A DNA stretch of 60,908 bases, taken from assembly GCA_009692435.1 (NCBI GenBank), contig SHZE01000005.1, positions 1 through 60,908 of the forward strand. Reading direction: 5' to 3'. Origin of the DNA: Deltaproteobacteria bacterium (GTDB lineage: Bacteria; Desulfobacterota; Binatia; Bin18). The position numbers and the translations under genes were made by a program. Positions 19,390-30,305 of this stretch are shown piece after piece (the first letter of the stretch is position 1; every line of letters begins with the position of its first letter). Below the pieces are notes generated by a model that was given only the letters and a program-made list of their open reading frames with translations, was not told where the DNA came from and did not search any database.

Positions 19390-22300
19390 TTACGCACGTT
19401 GGACCCCAACGGTGAGGGACATCCCCTCGATCGTCACACTCTCCACTTTATCGCCGCCCGGCGTGCTGAGGCGCAAAGACCGCGCTAGTGTCTCTTGTTG
19501 AATGTACGACCGGTGGCGGTCAATGGCTGTCGCTAACTGAGCAGTCGCGTCGTACGTCACGGCAATCCGATCTTCCACTTGATAGCCCGCATCCTTGCGC
19601 AATTGCTGAATATGATGGACGACTTCCCGCGCTAACCCTTCAGCAATCAGCTCCTCGGTCAGCTCGCACGACAACTCAATGGAGATGAAACGGTCCGACC
19701 GCACATCCGGTGCGCCGTCCCGCGCCTGCCGGAGAATCTGCACCTCGTTGGGTTGGAACACCTCGCCGTCAAGAGTCAGGGACTCTCCAGCTTCGAGCGA
19801 GAGCATCTGTTCATGCGATAGGGCCGCGATCTTCTTGGTGACGGCTCCAAAGCCCTTACCGAAGCGGGGACCGAGCAATTGGGGATTCGGCTTTGCGCTC
19901 AGAGACACCTTGGTCTCTTCAGCGGTGCCGTAGGTGACGGTTTTCACATTCAGTTCTTCTTGAATGTACGCCTCTAAGGGTTGAATCTTGTCGAGCACCC
20001 ATTGTTGCCGATGCAAGATGGTGATTCGCGGTAAGGGCATACGTACTTTGACCTTGCGTTCATTCCGCAGGCTCCGTCCTAACAAGACGATCCGCTGCAT
20101 ACGGGCCACGGCATCTTCAAGCTCAAGATCAACGAGTCGTTCATCGTAGGTGGGAAAATCTTCAAGATGCACGCTTTCCGTCGTATGGCCATCTTGGAGT
20201 GTCATCAAGTTGCGATAAATCGCGTCGGCCAGGAACGGGGTGAACGGGGCCATCAGCTTGGAGAACCCCACGAGCACATCATAGAGGGCGCGATACGCGA
20301 ACGACTTGTCGGCATCCGTTCCCTCTCCCCAGAACCGCCGCCGGTTGAGGCGCACGTACCAATTGGTCAGTTCGTTCAGGAAGTCGAGCAAGGCAGGGAC
20401 GACGTTGTAGAGGCGATAGGCTTCCATTTCCTGTGAGGTCCGCCGCACCAGCGATTGCTGTCGGGACTCGATCCAGCGATCAAGAATGTTGGGCGACGGC
20501 TCCGCCGGAGTGTGTGACGGTCGCCACTGATCGACCAACGCGTAGGTCACAAAGAATTTGTACGCGTTCCACCACGGGTACAGCAGTCGGCGAACCGTAT
20601 CGCGCACACCGCTCTCGCTGAAACGCAATTCCTCGGCTCTCACCAGTGGTGAATTAATGAGATACAAACGGAGCGCATCCGCTCCGTGTTCAGCGAGAAT
20701 CTCTTCCGGCTCTGGATAGTTCTTGAGCCGCTTACTCATCTTTTTGCCATCTTCGGCCAACACTAAGCCGTTCACGACCACATGATAAAAAGCCGGCTTG
20801 TTAAAGAGTGCCGTCGACATCACCGCGAGTGTGTAGAACCAGCCTCGGGTTTGATCGAGCCCTTCGGCGATGAAATCAGCGGGAAATGACCGGGCAAAGT
20901 CCTCTTTCCGTTCAAACGGGTAGTGAACCTGCGCGTAGGGCATGGAGCCGCTCTCGAACCAACAATCGAACACGTAAGGCACCCGCCGCATGACACCGTT
21001 ACCGTTGGCCGCGGGAAACGTGAGATCATCCACATATTCGCGGTGGAGGTCGGTCACACGGCCTCCTCCAGTGCGGTGGGCGAGATCGGCGACGCTCTCC
21101 AGACAAACGATTTCGCTGCTATCGTCATTTTTCCAGATTGGCAGCGGCGTGCCCCAGTAACGATTGCGGCTGATTGCCCAGTCACGCGCATTCTCAAGCC
21201 AGTTGCCGAACCGTCCGTCCCGCAGATGCTCCGGCACCCAAGCGGTAAGTTTATTGTTGGCTACTAACGCATCCCGAAAGGCTTCAACCCGCACGAACCA
21301 GGTGGTGGCCGCGCGATAAATCAGCGGCGTATCACTGCGCCAACAGAACGGATAGCTGTGAGTAATCGTTCCTTGATGCACGAGTTTCTTCTCGCGTTTG
21401 AGCTTTTCAATAATTTTGGGATCGGCTTCCTTGACATGGAGACCCAGGAAATCACTCACCGGCGCGGTAAAGCGACCTTCATCATCAACTGGATTGACCA
21501 GGTCGATACCGGCCTTCTGACACGCGTAGAAGTCTTCCTCACCAAACGCGGGAGCAATATGGACGATACCGGTTCCATCTTCGGTCGTGACGTAATCCGC
21601 TGGGATCACGCGAAACGCACCCGTCGCTTTTTTGTCCGCGAAATAGGGGAAGAGTGGGCCATACTTCCGCCCCACTAAATCTTTCCCTTTGTAGCGGGCC
21701 TCGACGGTATAGGCTTCGGCCTTGGGGAAATAGACCTTCAGTCGCGAGTCCGCCAGAATGTAGCACGTATGATCACTATGATCGCGCACCTTGACGTAGT
21801 CGATCTCAGGACCGACCGCGAGAGCGAGGTTGCTCGGTAGTGTCCATGGTGTTGTTGTCCACGCCACAAAATAGGTGTGCTCTTCTCCCTCGGCGGCAAA
21901 ACGGACAGTAAGCGCGGGGTCTTGGACTTCTTTATAATTGAGATTGGCTTCAAAGTTCGATAGGACGGTGCCGAGTCGGGTCGAGAATGGCAACACCTTG
22001 TGGCCTTCATAGATGAGGTCTTTGTCCCACAATTGCTTGAAGGCCCACCACACACTTTCCATGAAGGAGAGGTCCATCGTGCGGTAGTCATTACGAAAAT
22101 CGACCCACCGCCCCATGCGGCGCACGGTTTTTTCCCATTCTTTAGTGTAACGCAGGACAATTTTGCGACATTCGGAGTTGAACTGCGCGACACCAAAGCG
22201 TTCGATGTCGCTCTTGCCGCTCAATCCCAGCGCTTGTTCAATCTCCATTTCCACGGGCAGACCGTGGCAATCCCAGCCAAAGCGCCGTTCGACGTATCGT

Positions 22301-22524
22301 CCCCGCATGGTCCAGAACCGTGGAATAATATCCTTGATCGTCCCAGCCAGCAGGTGACCGTAATGAGGTAATCCGGTGGCGAACGGAGGCCCGTCGTAGA
22401 AAATGAAGGGGGATTGCTGACGGGTCTTCGCCAGCGTTTTGGCAAAAATCTCTTTCTCGTCCCAGAACTTGAGAACTTCAAGTTCAACCTCGGCAAGTTT
22501 CACATTTTCGGCAACCGGTTCCAT
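19390..22524 (-). CDS. ileS: Isoleucyl-tRNA synthetase (IleRS2 type)
   Basis: 'DGPPFATGLPHYGH', 'GWDCHGLP', 'KMSKR', C-terminal 'EGLAREVV'. Confidence 0.97.
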   Translation of the reverse strand: MEPVAENVKLAEVELEVLKFWDEKEIFAKTLAKTRQQSPFIFYDGPPFATGLPHYGHLLAGTIKDIIPRFWTMRGRYVERRFGWDCHGLPVEMEIEQALGLSGKSDIERFGVAQFNSECRKIVLRYTKEWEKTVRRMGRWVDFRNDYRTMDLSFMESVWWAFKQLWDKDLIYEGHKVLPFSTRLGTVLSNFEANLNYKEVQDPALTVRFAAEGEEHTYFVAWTTTPWTLPSNLALAVGPEIDYVKVRDHSDHTCYILADSRLKVYFPKAEAYTVEARYKGKDLVGRKYGPLFPYFADKKATGAFRVIPADYVTTEDGTGIVHIAPAFGEEDFYACQKAGIDLVNPVDDEGRFTAPVSDFLGLHVKEADPKIIEKLKREKKLVHQGTITHSYPFCWRSDTPLIYRAATTWFVRVEAFRDALVANNKLTAWVPEHLRDGRFGNWLENARDWAISRNRYWGTPLPIWKNDDSSEIVCLESVADLAHRTGGGRVTDLHREYVDDLTFPAANGNGVMRRVPYVFDCWFESGSMPYAQVHYPFERKEDFARSFPADFIAEGLDQTRGWFYTLAVMSTALFNKPAFYHVVVNGLVLAEDGKKMSKRLKNYPEPEEILAEHGADALRLYLINSPLVRAEELRFSESGVRDTVRRLLYPWWNAYKFFVTYALVDQWRPSHTPAEPSPNILDRWIESRQQSLVRRTSQEMEAYRLYNVVPALLDFLNELTNWYVRLNRRRFWGEGTDADKSFAYRALYDVLVGFSKLMAPFTPFLADAIYRNLMTLQDGHTTESVHLEDFPTYDERLVDLELEDAVARMQRIVLLGRSLRNERKVKVRMPLPRITILHRQQWVLDKIQPLEAYIQEELNVKTVTYGTAEETKVSLSAKPNPQLLGPRFGKGFGAVTKKIAALSHEQMLSLEAGESLTLDGEVFQPNEVQILRQARDGAPDVRSDRFISIELSCELTEELIAEGLAREVVHHIQQLRKDAGYQVEDRIAVTYDATAQLATAIDRHRSYIQQETLARSLRLSTPGGDKVESVTIEGMSLTVGVQRA

Positions 22525-22710
22525 AGTGTGTTGTTCCTGACCGCGATACTGACGCTGTGTAAGATGGCTGAAAGACAGGGGCCTAAGCTATCGACTGGGG
22601 GTATCTTTGGCTAGAGGGCGCACCGTGGCACGGACCGCTCTTGACCGCTGCCCATTTGGTGAAAACAATAGGCCCTCGAATCTCGAATCAATATGAGGAG
22701 TATGACATCA

Positions 22711-22917
22711 ATGGGCAAACGGAAAATGATTAACTTCGCGCTACCAGGGACCGGTCAATACGAAGATGTCGAAGAAGAGGGAATGCCCAAACCGTGTGCA
22801 ATGGGGATTCCGTGGGTCAATGTGGACACGCTCAGCACGATCTCACAAAGAACTATCCCTCGGACCGGACCAAAGGGAGAGATATTGCCGACGCAACCCG
22901 TACAACGGAAAGGGTAG
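22711..22917 (+). CDS. Small hypothetical protein (68 aa)
   Basis: SD GAGGAG 10 nt before ATG 22711; upstream TTGACC-N17-AACAAT; fills the gap divergent from ileS. Confidence 0.55.
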   Translation: MGKRKMINFALPGTGQYEDVEEEGMPKPCAMGIPWVNVDTLSTISQRTIPRTGPKGEILPTQPVQRKG

Positions 22918-22920
22918 GAG

Positions 22921-23059
22921 GTCCAAGGTCTCAAGTCCAAGGTCTAGAGTCTTGAGGATCGTAGGATCGCGTGACATGCACCAAGGAATCAATGCGTAAA
23001 ACGCATCCTACAACTCCGAACTGTCTGGAACTCCGAACTGTTTGGGAACTCCGAACTGT
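22921..23059. repeat. Heptamer array plus three copies of AACTCCGAACTGT
   Basis: GTCCAAG GTCTCAA GTCCAAG GTCTAGA GTCTTGA (22921-22955); 13-mer at 23012, 23029 and 23047. Confidence 0.85.
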
Positions 23060-23065
23060 GGCCCC

Positions 23066-23359
23066 TCAGTCCTGCCGCAGCCGTCGCGGCGAGGCAGCAC
23101 GTTTCGAGCGTTGCCGTTCTTCACCAAGCAAGGAGTGTGACTGGCGGCGGATACCGAAATAGTAACAGCAGATGTCGTTGTCCAAGTCGTTATTGAAAGT
23201 GCGTTGTTGACCGTCTTCAAAGAGGATACGGACGAGGCAGGTGCCGCCCACCAGCACTGACGTCATCTCTTCGACAACGGCGCCTTCCCCCCACTCTCCA
23301 TAGCGAAGATGGATGACCTTGTCTCCGAGTCGAAGATATAACCGGGGTCGGTCGTGCAC
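23066..23359 (-). CDS. DUF3553-like small beta-barrel protein
   Basis: 'GDKVIH..WGEGAVVE..VRILFEDG..RTF'. Confidence 0.65.
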   Translation of the reverse strand: MHDRPRLYLRLGDKVIHLRYGEWGEGAVVEEMTSVLVGGTCLVRILFEDGQQRTFNNDLDNDICCYYFGIRRQSHSLLGEERQRSKRAASPRRLRQD

Positions 23360-23601
23360 GGCAAATCCTAGTCACTGATTTCTGCCCCTCTTGTAGCCGA
23401 AAACCGCGGCCCGAAGCAAGGGGAAAGCGCAACAGAGGCTTTTACCACCAATTATTTAAAAGGAATGGGAAATGGAGGGATCAACAGGTTTGAGCAGGCC
23501 ACACTCGGCAATCAGTCGGCCACTACGGTCGCGGGCGCTCCAGTAGCATATCCGGGCCAACGGATGGTATGGGTCACTCCCGCCGCATAGAGAGGAATAC
23601 G

Positions 23602-24336
23602 CTACAGGTCGATCACCAAGCCGTCATGCGCGCACTCAAGGGCAACTTCACCCATACGTTCGAGCACTTCCCGACCAATGTGACTCAAGACCAGTCGCTT
23701 GCACCCTAACCGATGTCGCTGGGCGGCAATTTGAGGGTAGCTGACATGAAAGGTGGTCTGGCTAGAGAAATAACAACACTCGCAAATGAACAAGTCCGTC
23801 CCCTGTGAGTGAGTAATGAGGTCCTCATTCCACCCACAATCCCCAGAATACAGAATGGTCTTCCCTCCGATCCGCACCCGATAGCCTAATGAAATATCTT
23901 TTTCTTGATGGGGCACTTGGAACGGCAAGAATTCGCATCCCTCAAGGGTGAGAGGTTGACCGGGAGTGAACTCATAGAACGATAACGGAAACGAAGTGCC
24001 GCGCGCTGCTAACTCGCGGTACATGGCGCTATGGAGGGCCCGCACTCGCTCTTCGGTTCCTGGTGGGCCGGCAATCAACAGTGGCTTGGTGCGCGGATTT
24101 TCGTAGGTATATTCAAGGAAGAGAAACGAAAGTCCGCCAAAGTGGTCCCCGTGCAGATGGCTAATGGCGACAAGGTCAATGCGCTCAGCGGGAATGTTCA
24201 ACGCTTTTAAGCCGAGCAGCGTGGTCGTACCACAGTCAAGAAGCACACCTTGCCCCTGTGCCTCTATGAGATAACTGCTTTGCCGACGGCCTCCACTACT
24301 AAAGGCGTCTCCTGCACCCAGAACTGTGACTCGCAT
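23602..24336 (-). CDS. MBL-fold metallo-hydrolase (RNase BN/Z-like)
   Basis: 'LLDCG', 'HLHGDH', 'YSGD', 'LSH'. Confidence 0.9.
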   Translation of the reverse strand: MRVTVLGAGDAFSSGGRRQSSYLIEAQGQGVLLDCGTTTLLGLKALNIPAERIDLVAISHLHGDHFGGLSFLFLEYTYENPRTKPLLIAGPPGTEERVRALHSAMYRELAARGTSFPLSFYEFTPGQPLTLEGCEFLPFQVPHQEKDISLGYRVRIGGKTILYSGDCGWNEDLITHSQGTDLFICECCYFSSQTTFHVSYPQIAAQRHRLGCKRLVLSHIGREVLERMGEVALECAHDGLVIDL

Positions 24337-24591
24337 TATTTCGCTCTCTTATGGGAGACCTGCTCGCTACCCTCTCCTCTTTCATCGTCTCTACCCTGTT
24401 TCCCGGAGCTGAACAAGCCTCCATTTTTTGTCCTTGCTGAAAACATCGGTGAAAGTGGGAATTCCTTTATTTTCCTTTCTTCATGGCTCTGGTCCGCGGA
24501 AGAATGTGCTATAGAAAAGGGCGCGGCAATCTCACATGGAGTGCGCTCAAGACTGTATTCCATCACCGCCGTAACAGAGGAGGCATTATTT

Positions 24592-27500
24592 ATGTGGGCA
24601 TGGCTCGCCGACCGGAAGAACTTGGCGATTACGGCACTGACACTACTAGTGGTCGCCCTAGTGGCGATGCTTGTCCATGACCGAAAACCCGGCTGGCTTG
24701 GCATGGGGCAAGGCCGGGGTGAGACAGTTGCGGTTGTCGAGACGACCCTGGACCATCACCAATGGCGACTCCTCACCGTTGTGTTCGACCGCCCGCTAGG
24801 AGAAGGGCACGTGGGAGAAATTCTCGGTCGCGATCCGGCAACTCTGACGCCACCTCTGGGGGGGGTATGGAAATGGCAAGGGGCGAACGTCCTCCAGTTT
24901 GAGACTACTGACCGATTTGCCATGGCGACCGAGTATCGGGTGGACCTCATTCCAGAACGAATTCTCAAATCAACACAAACCCTCAAGGATAAAGCGACGT
25001 TCACAGTGCGCACGGAGGAATTCAAGATCGAGAAAATTGATCTTAGCGAAGAGCCCGCGCCGGACTCGGAGAAAAAACTCCAGGTCATCATTCGTGGAAG
25101 TGCGCGGTTTAACTACCCAGTCAACCCTGATGTGCTGATTGGAAAGATGCGGCTCATTGACCCGCTCCAAGGGGGCCAACAGCTGGTGACGCTGGAAATG
25201 GAGACGGGCTATCGCAGCCAGATCATCGGCTTTCGTAGCAACCCCATTGAGAAGCAGAAACAAGAGCGACAACTCACCCTCACGATTCTCTCCGATCTCA
25301 AACCAGAAGGGGGGAATCTTCCACTTGCCGCCGACTGGGTACAAACCATCCCTTTGGGGTCATCTGAAAAGCTTGAAGTGCGTGGGGTGTCGCCGATCGC
25401 TGGAGAATCAGAATCCACCGTGCGTATTCGCTTCTCCTCACCGGTGAATCCAGAGATTGCCAGTACCTACGTTTCAGTCACTCCCGCGGTCAAGTACCGT
25501 CTCTCAGTCGAAGGCACCGAGTTGATTCTCACTGGTGGTGTGAAGCCAGGGAGCCAATACCAACTCCGCATCATCAAAGGACTTCCCGCACTCGACGAGG
25601 CGGTGTTGCCGCAGGAGTACAAAGCAGAGATCGCCGTGCCCGACTTAGAATCGGCAGTGGCATTCCAGAGCCAGGGAATGTTCCTGTCGGCGAGTGGCTC
25701 CCGTACGGTCGCACTCAAGAGTGTGAATCTCGCCGAAGCCCAACTCACGATTGATCGGGTGTACCGCAATAACCTCTTCTATCTGTTTGACCAGAGCGGT
25801 TATCCCTACAGCGAGGACGACTATGCTGACTCAACCCTCTCGTATGCGCTGGGTGATCGATTAGTAACGCAGACGATTACGTTAGGTGGTGAACACAACC
25901 AAAGTGTCATCACCCCGCTGGCCCTTGATACCTATTACCGTGAAGACAAGCCTGGCCTCTACCGGGTCAACGTCACCCGTGCCGAGAATTCACGCGGGAC
26001 TTCGCGCTGGTTGTTGTTGACCGACCTAGGCATCGTTGCCAAACAGGGGAAAGACGAGTTTCTGGTGTGGGTCTCCTCGTTCGCCACGCTGGCGCCGATT
26101 GCCGAAGCGGAGGTGCGCCTCATCAACAGCCAAAACCAAATCATGGCGTCAGGCCGCACTGATGCCGAAGGGATGTGGCGGGTCAACGGCCTCGCGCAAA
26201 TTCTGGAGAAGCAACAGCCATACATGATCGTCGTGGAAAAGGGCAATGACTTCAGTTTCTTGCTCTTTAACTTGGCGGCGATTGATACGGCGGGATTTGA
26301 GGTCAGTGGTGCCGAGTTGTCGAAAGGTGGATATACCGCTTACCTGTACGGTGAACGTGACATTTATCGCCCCGGCGAAACCGTCAAAGGTGTAGCGGTT
26401 GTTCGTGACCGGAGTCTGCAACCGCCACCAGCGATGCCGCTCCTCTTGCGTCATCGTGATCCAGAGGGGAATGAGCGCGGAACGACGAAACTCGATATGG
26501 ATGACCGGGGAACGGCGGCGTTCACCCTCCCGGTACCAGCCTACGCACGTACTGGCCATCACTCACTCGAACTCCTCGTCGGTGAAGAGGTCATTGGCCA
26601 GTATGGCTTTCAAGTCGAAGAATTTGTCCCTGACCGTATCAAGGTTGAGATCGCTCCCCAACAAGAGGCGGGCGATATTGGGAAGGACATCGCCTACGAT
26701 GTGGTGAGCGCGTATCTTTTTGGCCCGCCTGCCGCGGGGCTTGCTGTCGAGAGCCGCGTGCGGTTGGTCGCGGCAACCTTTGCCCCGAAAGGGTACGAGG
26801 ACTTTATCTTTCATACAACTGAACGAAAATTCGACGACCAAGAAATTCTCTCTACCGAAAATACCCTCGACGAAACCGGGAGACGGACGTTTACGGTGAG
26901 GGTACCTGCCGGACTCCAAGTGCCGTCTTCGTTATCGGCGGTGATTACCACGCGCGTGCGCGAGCAGGGAGGGCGTGGAGTTGCCGCCCTGCAACGACTG
27001 CCGGTGCATCCCTATCCATATTATGTTGGTCTTCGTCGTGTGGGTGAGGGGTATCCTGAGCCCCAGAAGACCGTCGCCCTGGAGTATATTGCCGTGAAGC
27101 CCGATGGCACGGAGGTCACGGCCAGCAAGCTGCGGGCGGATTTCTTCCGTGACCGCTGGCATACCGTGCTGCGACGAACGGACGCGGGCAATTATCGTTA
27201 TGAATCGACCCGCGAAGCGGTGCTGCTCGATAGCCAAGCGATTCCCGTGAGTGCTCCACGGGGTCAGTTTACTTTCACACCAGCGGAGTTTGGTGATTAT
27301 CGCGTTGTGCTGACCGATACGGACACAGGGGCGGCCACACAAATAGAGTTCTTTGCGAGTGGCTCGGGGTATTCGCCCTGGGCGATCAAGAGTCCCGGTC
27401 GCCTCGAAGTCAGTCTCGACAAGACCGAGTACCAGCCGGGCGAGACTGCCGCCGTGCAAGTACGCGCTCCTTTTTCTGGAAAACTGTTAGTGACAGTTGA

Positions 27501-30018
27501 ACGTGAAGGCATTTTTCATGTGCAGACTTACGAACTGACTGGGAACACCGCGACGCTCTCCATTCCGATCACCGCGGAGTATCGCCCCAATGCGTATGTG
27601 ACGGCGACGCTTATCCGCGCGGCGAAAGATTTGGAACCAGGCACCGCCGGACGCGCATTTGGTGCTGTTGCCCTGAATGTCGATCAGACCAGTAATCGGG
27701 TCAAGGTCGAGATCGCTGCCCCGGAGGAGATTCGTCCGCTGTCCACGCTCTCGGTGCAGATCGCTGCGACGCCGGATATCGGTGTAACAGTGGCGGCAGT
27801 GGACGAAGGGATTCTCCAACTTATCGCCCAGAAAACACCGGACCCATTCACCCATTTCTATCAGAAGCTCGCACTAGGAGTTCGCGCATTTGACATTTTT
27901 TCCCTGCTGATGCCCGAAGTAAAAATTGAGGGCAAATCTCCTGCTGGTGGTGGTGAGGGAGAAGGCGACCTCTCTCAGTTTGTGCGGACCGAAGGGATGC
28001 GGCGCGTTGAACCCGTGGCGTTCTGGTCCGGAGTGGTGATCACTGATGCTGAAGGCAAAGCGACGGTCACTTTCAATGTTCCAGAGTTTCAAGGCGCTTT
28101 GCGGCTGATGGCGGTGGCTCATCACGGGAAACAATTTGGTGCGGCGGCCCACACGACACGCGTGCGGACACCGCTGGTTGTGCTGCCAACGTTTCCACGC
28201 TTCTTATCGTTTCAGGAGACCGTGCGGATTCCGGTCACTGTCCGTAACGACACTGGCAAGGAAGACGCCTTCTCGTTGTCGTTAGCGGCGGAAGGGCCAG
28301 TGCGTATCGAGACCGACGCGACTCAATCTCTGCTCATTGCCCACAGTGCCGAAAAGACGGTGTACTTCACGATCAAGACTGGTGACGTACCAGCGGACGC
28401 ACGGTTCACACTCACGGCTGAGGGGAACGGAGAGAAAACCATCGCGACGGGGAATCTGTCGCTCCGAGCCGATCTGCCAGCCCGCACAGTCGAACAAACT
28501 GGGAATGCCACGCAAGAGAAGACAGCGCTGGCTTTGGATGATGCCGACGCCTTTCGCCCAGAGACCTTGCGACGTGAAGTACGTATCAGCCCACTCCCAC
28601 TTGTACAGTTTTCTGACAAGCTCCATTATCTCCTCCATTATCCCTATGGGTGTGTCGAGCAGACGACTTCCGCCGCCTTCCCGCTGGTCTATTTCAGCGA
28701 CTTGGCTAAAGAACTCGATCCGGAATTGTTCGCCAAGAATGACCCGACGGTATTCGTGCAGGAGGGGATTCGTCGGGTGGCGACGATGCAAATGCACGAT
28801 GGTGGGTTTGCCATGTGGCCCGACCAGGACACAGTAGCTCCGTGGGGGAGTGTGTACGCGACCCACTTTCTGGTCGAGGCCCGGCGCGCCGGACATCATG
28901 TCGAGAACTTTTTGTATGACCGCGCGCTAGAGTTTATCACGCGGGAAGGAAAAGCAAGCGCCGACCCCAATGCCGACGAACTCCAGCGGGTGGTGTACGC
29001 CCTCTACGTCTCGGCGCGAGCGGGCAAGGCGGATGTGGGCTCGATGGATTTCGTGCGTGAACACCACACCGCGAAGCTCAAGGCGGAATCGCGCGCGTTG
29101 CTCGGTGCGGCCTACGCGGCGACGGGCAACACGGAGGTGCTCGCCGAGATCACCAAGGGAATCGAGGACGCCGAGCAAATCACCCGGCAGACGGGCAGCA
29201 ACCTCAACTCCACCATCCGCAACCGCGCCTTATTGCTCCTAGCCTTTCTCGACGCGGCACCTACCGACCCCCGCGTGCCGAAGCTGGTGCAGCGTCTGGC
29301 GCGTGACGCGCAAAGTGACCGGTGGTGGACGACACAAGAAAGCGCGGTGGTCTTCGTCGCGCTGGGGCAGTTCTTCAAGCAGCAGGCCCAGAAAAAGCCG
29401 TACTCTGGCAAGCTGCTGGTCGGCGAGAAGATCATTGGCACCTTCACCAACAAAACCGTGACATTTGCCGGCATCCAGGGGACAGGCGCGGTGACGCTCC
29501 AGATGGACGCGGGCTATGAATCCGGCGCGGCGTTCTACGCCGTTCACAGTCGCGGCGTCTCCACGGACGCGAAGTTCCGCCCAGAGCAAGCCGGGTTGGA
29601 AATCCATCGCACGTTCATGACCCGGACCGGCGGGACACTCGATATGGAAAACATCCCCCAAGGCGAGCTGATCGTGCTCAAGACGCAAGTGAAAAGCCTC
29701 GCTGGCGACATTGAGAATGTGGTGATTCAGAACTTGTTACCGGCGGGGATGGAGGTCGAGAATCCACGGTTGAAATCAACCGAGACCTTGCCGTGGGTCA
29801 CCGACGCCAACCTTGAGCCCGCGCATCTTGATCTGCGCGATGATCGGGTCTTGTTATTCACCGACCTACCGAACAATGAGTGGCGCACGACCTACACGTT
29901 GTTACGCGCCGTGACGCCGGGGACATTTCGGTTGCCCCCAGTGCAGGCGGAGGCGATGTACGACCCGGCGATTCGGACCACGGGGGAACGAGGGAGTGTT
30001 ACGGTGAAAGTGCGGTAG
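24592..30018 (+). CDS. Bacterial alpha-2-macroglobulin
   Basis: SD GAGGAGG, N-terminal TM, 'YRPGETV', 'VEEFVP', 'AAVDEG', thioester motif 'YGCVEQ', 'AEAMY'. Confidence 0.96.
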   Translation: MWAWLADRKNLAITALTLLVVALVAMLVHDRKPGWLGMGQGRGETVAVVETTLDHHQWRLLTVVFDRPLGEGHVGEILGRDPATLTPPLGGVWKWQGANVLQFETTDRFAMATEYRVDLIPERILKSTQTLKDKATFTVRTEEFKIEKIDLSEEPAPDSEKKLQVIIRGSARFNYPVNPDVLIGKMRLIDPLQGGQQLVTLEMETGYRSQIIGFRSNPIEKQKQERQLTLTILSDLKPEGGNLPLAADWVQTIPLGSSEKLEVRGVSPIAGESESTVRIRFSSPVNPEIASTYVSVTPAVKYRLSVEGTELILTGGVKPGSQYQLRIIKGLPALDEAVLPQEYKAEIAVPDLESAVAFQSQGMFLSASGSRTVALKSVNLAEAQLTIDRVYRNNLFYLFDQSGYPYSEDDYADSTLSYALGDRLVTQTITLGGEHNQSVITPLALDTYYREDKPGLYRVNVTRAENSRGTSRWLLLTDLGIVAKQGKDEFLVWVSSFATLAPIAEAEVRLINSQNQIMASGRTDAEGMWRVNGLAQILEKQQPYMIVVEKGNDFSFLLFNLAAIDTAGFEVSGAELSKGGYTAYLYGERDIYRPGETVKGVAVVRDRSLQPPPAMPLLLRHRDPEGNERGTTKLDMDDRGTAAFTLPVPAYARTGHHSLELLVGEEVIGQYGFQVEEFVPDRIKVEIAPQQEAGDIGKDIAYDVVSAYLFGPPAAGLAVESRVRLVAATFAPKGYEDFIFHTTERKFDDQEILSTENTLDETGRRTFTVRVPAGLQVPSSLSAVITTRVREQGGRGVAALQRLPVHPYPYYVGLRRVGEGYPEPQKTVALEYIAVKPDGTEVTASKLRADFFRDRWHTVLRRTDAGNYRYESTREAVLLDSQAIPVSAPRGQFTFTPAEFGDYRVVLTDTDTGAATQIEFFASGSGYSPWAIKSPGRLEVSLDKTEYQPGETAAVQVRAPFSGKLLVTVEREGIFHVQTYELTGNTATLSIPITAEYRPNAYVTATLIRAAKDLEPGTAGRAFGAVALNVDQTSNRVKVEIAAPEEIRPLSTLSVQIAATPDIGVTVAAVDEGILQLIAQKTPDPFTHFYQKLALGVRAFDIFSLLMPEVKIEGKSPAGGGEGEGDLSQFVRTEGMRRVEPVAFWSGVVITDAEGKATVTFNVPEFQGALRLMAVAHHGKQFGAAAHTTRVRTPLVVLPTFPRFLSFQETVRIPVTVRNDTGKEDAFSLSLAAEGPVRIETDATQSLLIAHSAEKTVYFTIKTGDVPADARFTLTAEGNGEKTIATGNLSLRADLPARTVEQTGNATQEKTALALDDADAFRPETLRREVRISPLPLVQFSDKLHYLLHYPYGCVEQTTSAAFPLVYFSDLAKELDPELFAKNDPTVFVQEGIRRVATMQMHDGGFAMWPDQDTVAPWGSVYATHFLVEARRAGHHVENFLYDRALEFITREGKASADPNADELQRVVYALYVSARAGKADVGSMDFVREHHTAKLKAESRALLGAAYAATGNTEVLAEITKGIEDAEQITRQTGSNLNSTIRNRALLLLAFLDAAPTDPRVPKLVQRLARDAQSDRWWTTQESAVVFVALGQFFKQQAQKKPYSGKLLVGEKIIGTFTNKTVTFAGIQGTGAVTLQMDAGYESGAAFYAVHSRGVSTDAKFRPEQAGLEIHRTFMTRTGGTLDMENIPQGELIVLKTQVKSLAGDIENVVIQNLLPAGMEVENPRLKSTETLPWVTDANLEPAHLDLRDDRVLLFTDLPNNEWRTTYTLLRAVTPGTFRLPPVQAEAMYDPAIRTTGERGSVTVKVR

Positions 30019-30069
30019 AGGCGTATAATCATACGCCTTTCGTAGAGACGTATAATCATACGTCTCCAC
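30015..30069 (+). repeat. Two tandem GTAG-type REP-like palindromes
   Basis: GTAGAGGCGTATAATCATACGCCTTTC and GTAGAGACGTATAATCATACGTCTCCAC. Confidence 0.75.
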
Positions 30070-30081
30070 GGATATAGTGCC

Positions 30082-30305
30082 GTAGCCCGGATGGAGCGGA
30101 GCGGAATCCGGGGAGTCTGCCGGCGCTCACCACGCGCCGCCCTGGATTGCGCTCCGCTTCATCTCCGGACTGCGCCGCCGCTGGCGCGCGGCTTTTTGGA
30201 ATTGTTCCCACAGCAAAGTAGCCCGGATGAAACGGAGTGGAATCCGGGAGCCCTTCGGCTCTCCGCACGGGCCGCCCTGGATTGCGCTCGCTTTATCCAG
30301 GCTAC
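30082..30305. repeat. Two REP doublets (REPIN/BIME-like) of the GTAGCCCGGATG..GGAATCCGGG family
   Basis: Forward copies at 30082 and 30218, each followed by an inverted copy (CCCTGGATTGCGCTC..). Confidence 0.85.

Noticed and set aside
22626-22645. Sigma-54 promoter TGGCACG
   Set aside because: No GC at the required -12 spacing
23012-23059. Three 13-nt repeats as a mini CRISPR array
   Set aside because: Repeats and 4-5 nt spacers are far too short, and there are no cas genes
28900-30000. Apparent GC rise in the A2M 3' part as a mosaic gene
   Set aside because: Visual impression only; needs a GC3 sliding-window calculation
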